Assembly: GCA_964519725.1 (NCBI GenBank)
Contig: CAZFKS010000003.1
Location: 15,821 to 79,820 of the forward strand
DNA from: an uncultured Gammaproteobacteria bacterium
GTDB taxonomy: Bacteria; Patescibacteriota; Patescibacteriia; Magasanikbacterales; UBA922
Length of the DNA stretch: 64,000 nt
Direction of reading: 5' to 3'
Below, one piece after another: positions 63,047 to 64,000 of the stretch. Every line of letters starts with the position of its first letter. Position 1 is the stretch's first letter. Below the pieces are notes generated by a model. That model was not told the origin of the DNA. It did not search any database and saw only the letters and a list, made by a program, of their open reading frames with translations. The position numbers and the translations under genes were made by a program.

Positions 63047-64000
63047 GTGAGCTACGCACTTCGAGTCTTCGTGAGTTCAACGTGCTACGAGCTTCGCGAC
63101 TTGCGTGCGCTCATCAGGCAGTGGCTCGAAGACCATGGTCTTAGTCCGCAAATGAGCGATGCAAACGGGTTTCCAACGCATGACGGCTTGCCGCCATACG
63201 CCTCCTGTTTGCGCGTTCTGGAGGAGTGCCCGCTGGTAATCGCCGTCATCGACCGACGGTACGGCACGGTCTTCGACGACTGGGGCCCGTACGAGAAGTA
63301 TCGAGGGCTTGCACCAACGCATGCGGAAATCGTCCATGCTCTAACCCGAGGGAAAAGGACGCTTATTTTCGTACAGGAAGAACTGTGGACCTTTTACGAG
63401 GTGTGGCGCAAGAATGGCGCTATGTTCGAGGGGCCTAGTCTTCCCTCTGGTCTCCAACGAGAAACCTTGTTGATGTTCCACGAGATCAAGCAACGGAAGC
63501 CGGCGCCCTGGATACGCAAATTCGGCACGGCGACGGAGATAACGAAAGCCCTTCAACTTGAGTTTGTGAACGAGCTTTATGCTCACCTCCACGCTCGGGA
63601 GCGAGAGACGACGGATACCGCAACCTTCCTGCTTGAGAAGCTCACCGGCGCCGCTCCAAACGTCCGACAGCAGATCGAGCGCGCCCTCAACCCGGACCTC
63701 ATTCGTGAAAAGGAGGCTCTTGAGCAGCGCTTGGCGGAGATCGAGCGTCAACTCGCCGCATCTGCAGAATCGGCTGAGCAACAGGTCCAGATTCTTGAAG
63801 AGCAGAAGACCGCCGTCGCCAGGCAGTTGGATGGTGTTCGCAGTGAAGTTAGTCGCCTAAGCGTAGTCCTGGCGCATGCTGCCATACGAGATGCAACGTG
63901 GTTGGACTTGGTCCGGCGGACCCTAATGCCGAAGACGCCGGGCCGGGTACCGTTCCACAACTCTGCTGAAATCGCGCTACGCGGATTTCACGTCAACCAA
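63047..64000 (+). CDS. DUF4062-like domain protein (N-terminal VFVSSTCYELRDLR... module) with C-terminal coiled coil, 3' truncated by the window
   Basis: GTG at 63047 preceded by GAGAGG. Open frame to the window end (hence absent from track). VFVSSTxxELRDLRxxI motif is typical of DUF4062 N-terminal domains of defense proteins. Confidence 0.5.
   Translation, partial: MSYALRVFVSSTCYELRDLRALIRQWLEDHGLSPQMSDANGFPTHDGLPPYASCLRVLEECPLVIAVIDRRYGTVFDDWGPYEKYRGLAPTHAEIVHALTRGKRTLIFVQEELWTFYEVWRKNGAMFEGPSLPSGLQRETLLMFHEIKQRKPAPWIRKFGTATEITKALQLEFVNELYAHLHARERETTDTATFLLEKLTGAAPNVRQQIERALNPDLIREKEALEQRLAEIERQLAASAESAEQQVQILEEQKTAVARQLDGVRSEVSRLSVVLAHAAIRDATWLDLVRRTLMPKTPGRVPFHNSAEIALRGFHVNQ

Noticed and set aside
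1-64000. CRISPR arrays, tRNA, rRNA, tmRNA, RNase P
   Set aside because: No regularly spaced short direct repeats. Intergenic regions are either too short (low-GC half) or occupied by the A/B elements, which lack cloverleaf or rRNA signatures. Nothing tRNA-like was recognised by eye, though a covariance-model scan was not possible.

Overview
The window is a composite of two compositionally very different blocks, with the switch at about 31.8 kb immediately after a strong terminator hairpin. GC values below are judged by eye. Self-derived coordinates may be off by 1-2 nt.

(1) 1-31.8 kb is low-GC (about 40-45%). It looks like a dense, mostly minus-strand housekeeping locus of a small-genome CPR/Patescibacteria-like bacterium. 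Genes in order: a PEP-utilizing-enzyme-like gene, pyk, nrdR, ftsZ, ftsA, dgkA, ybeY, three tandem TSP3-repeat paralogs, a 3,762-aa giant surface protein and a 742-aa paralog (both with an N-terminal T4SS-pilin-like two-helix module), yqeY-rpsU, hisS, lepB, ribB and a lipoprotein. A 789-codon secreted-protein gene runs off the left edge.

(2) 31.8-64 kb is high-GC (about 65-70%), Myxococcota-like in flavour. It holds a three-gene operon of unknowns, an M29-like peptidase, and a surface cluster: lipoprotein, a 1,962-aa cysteine-rich repeat protein, and a TM protein with a C-terminal C-type lectin domain. It then holds what reads as a defense island:
- a GHKL-ATPase/PD-(D/E)xK fusion;
- a 1,738-aa Type ISP-like restriction-modification enzyme (Mrr nuclease - SF2 helicase - N6-adenine MTase - TRD) with an overlapping 256-aa partner;
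- a ParB-like gene;
- a Lamassu/DdmABC-like operon (DUF4297-like nuclease, small protein, SMC-like ATPase);
- a DUF4062-like gene running off the right edge.

The Lamassu-like operon is bracketed by two directly repeated cassettes. Each cassette is a roughly 400-bp conserved leader (A), diverged small paralogous gene(s) (P family), and a roughly 135-bp GC-hairpin element (B). Five copies of the 16-bp palindrome GTTTCCCCGGGGAAAC sit at promoter-proximal positions, and a 429-bp MITE-like insertion with a 9-bp target duplication interrupts one leader copy.

No rRNA, tRNA or CRISPR array was found. Many long ORFs in the track on the strand opposite to the large high-GC genes are composition artefacts.
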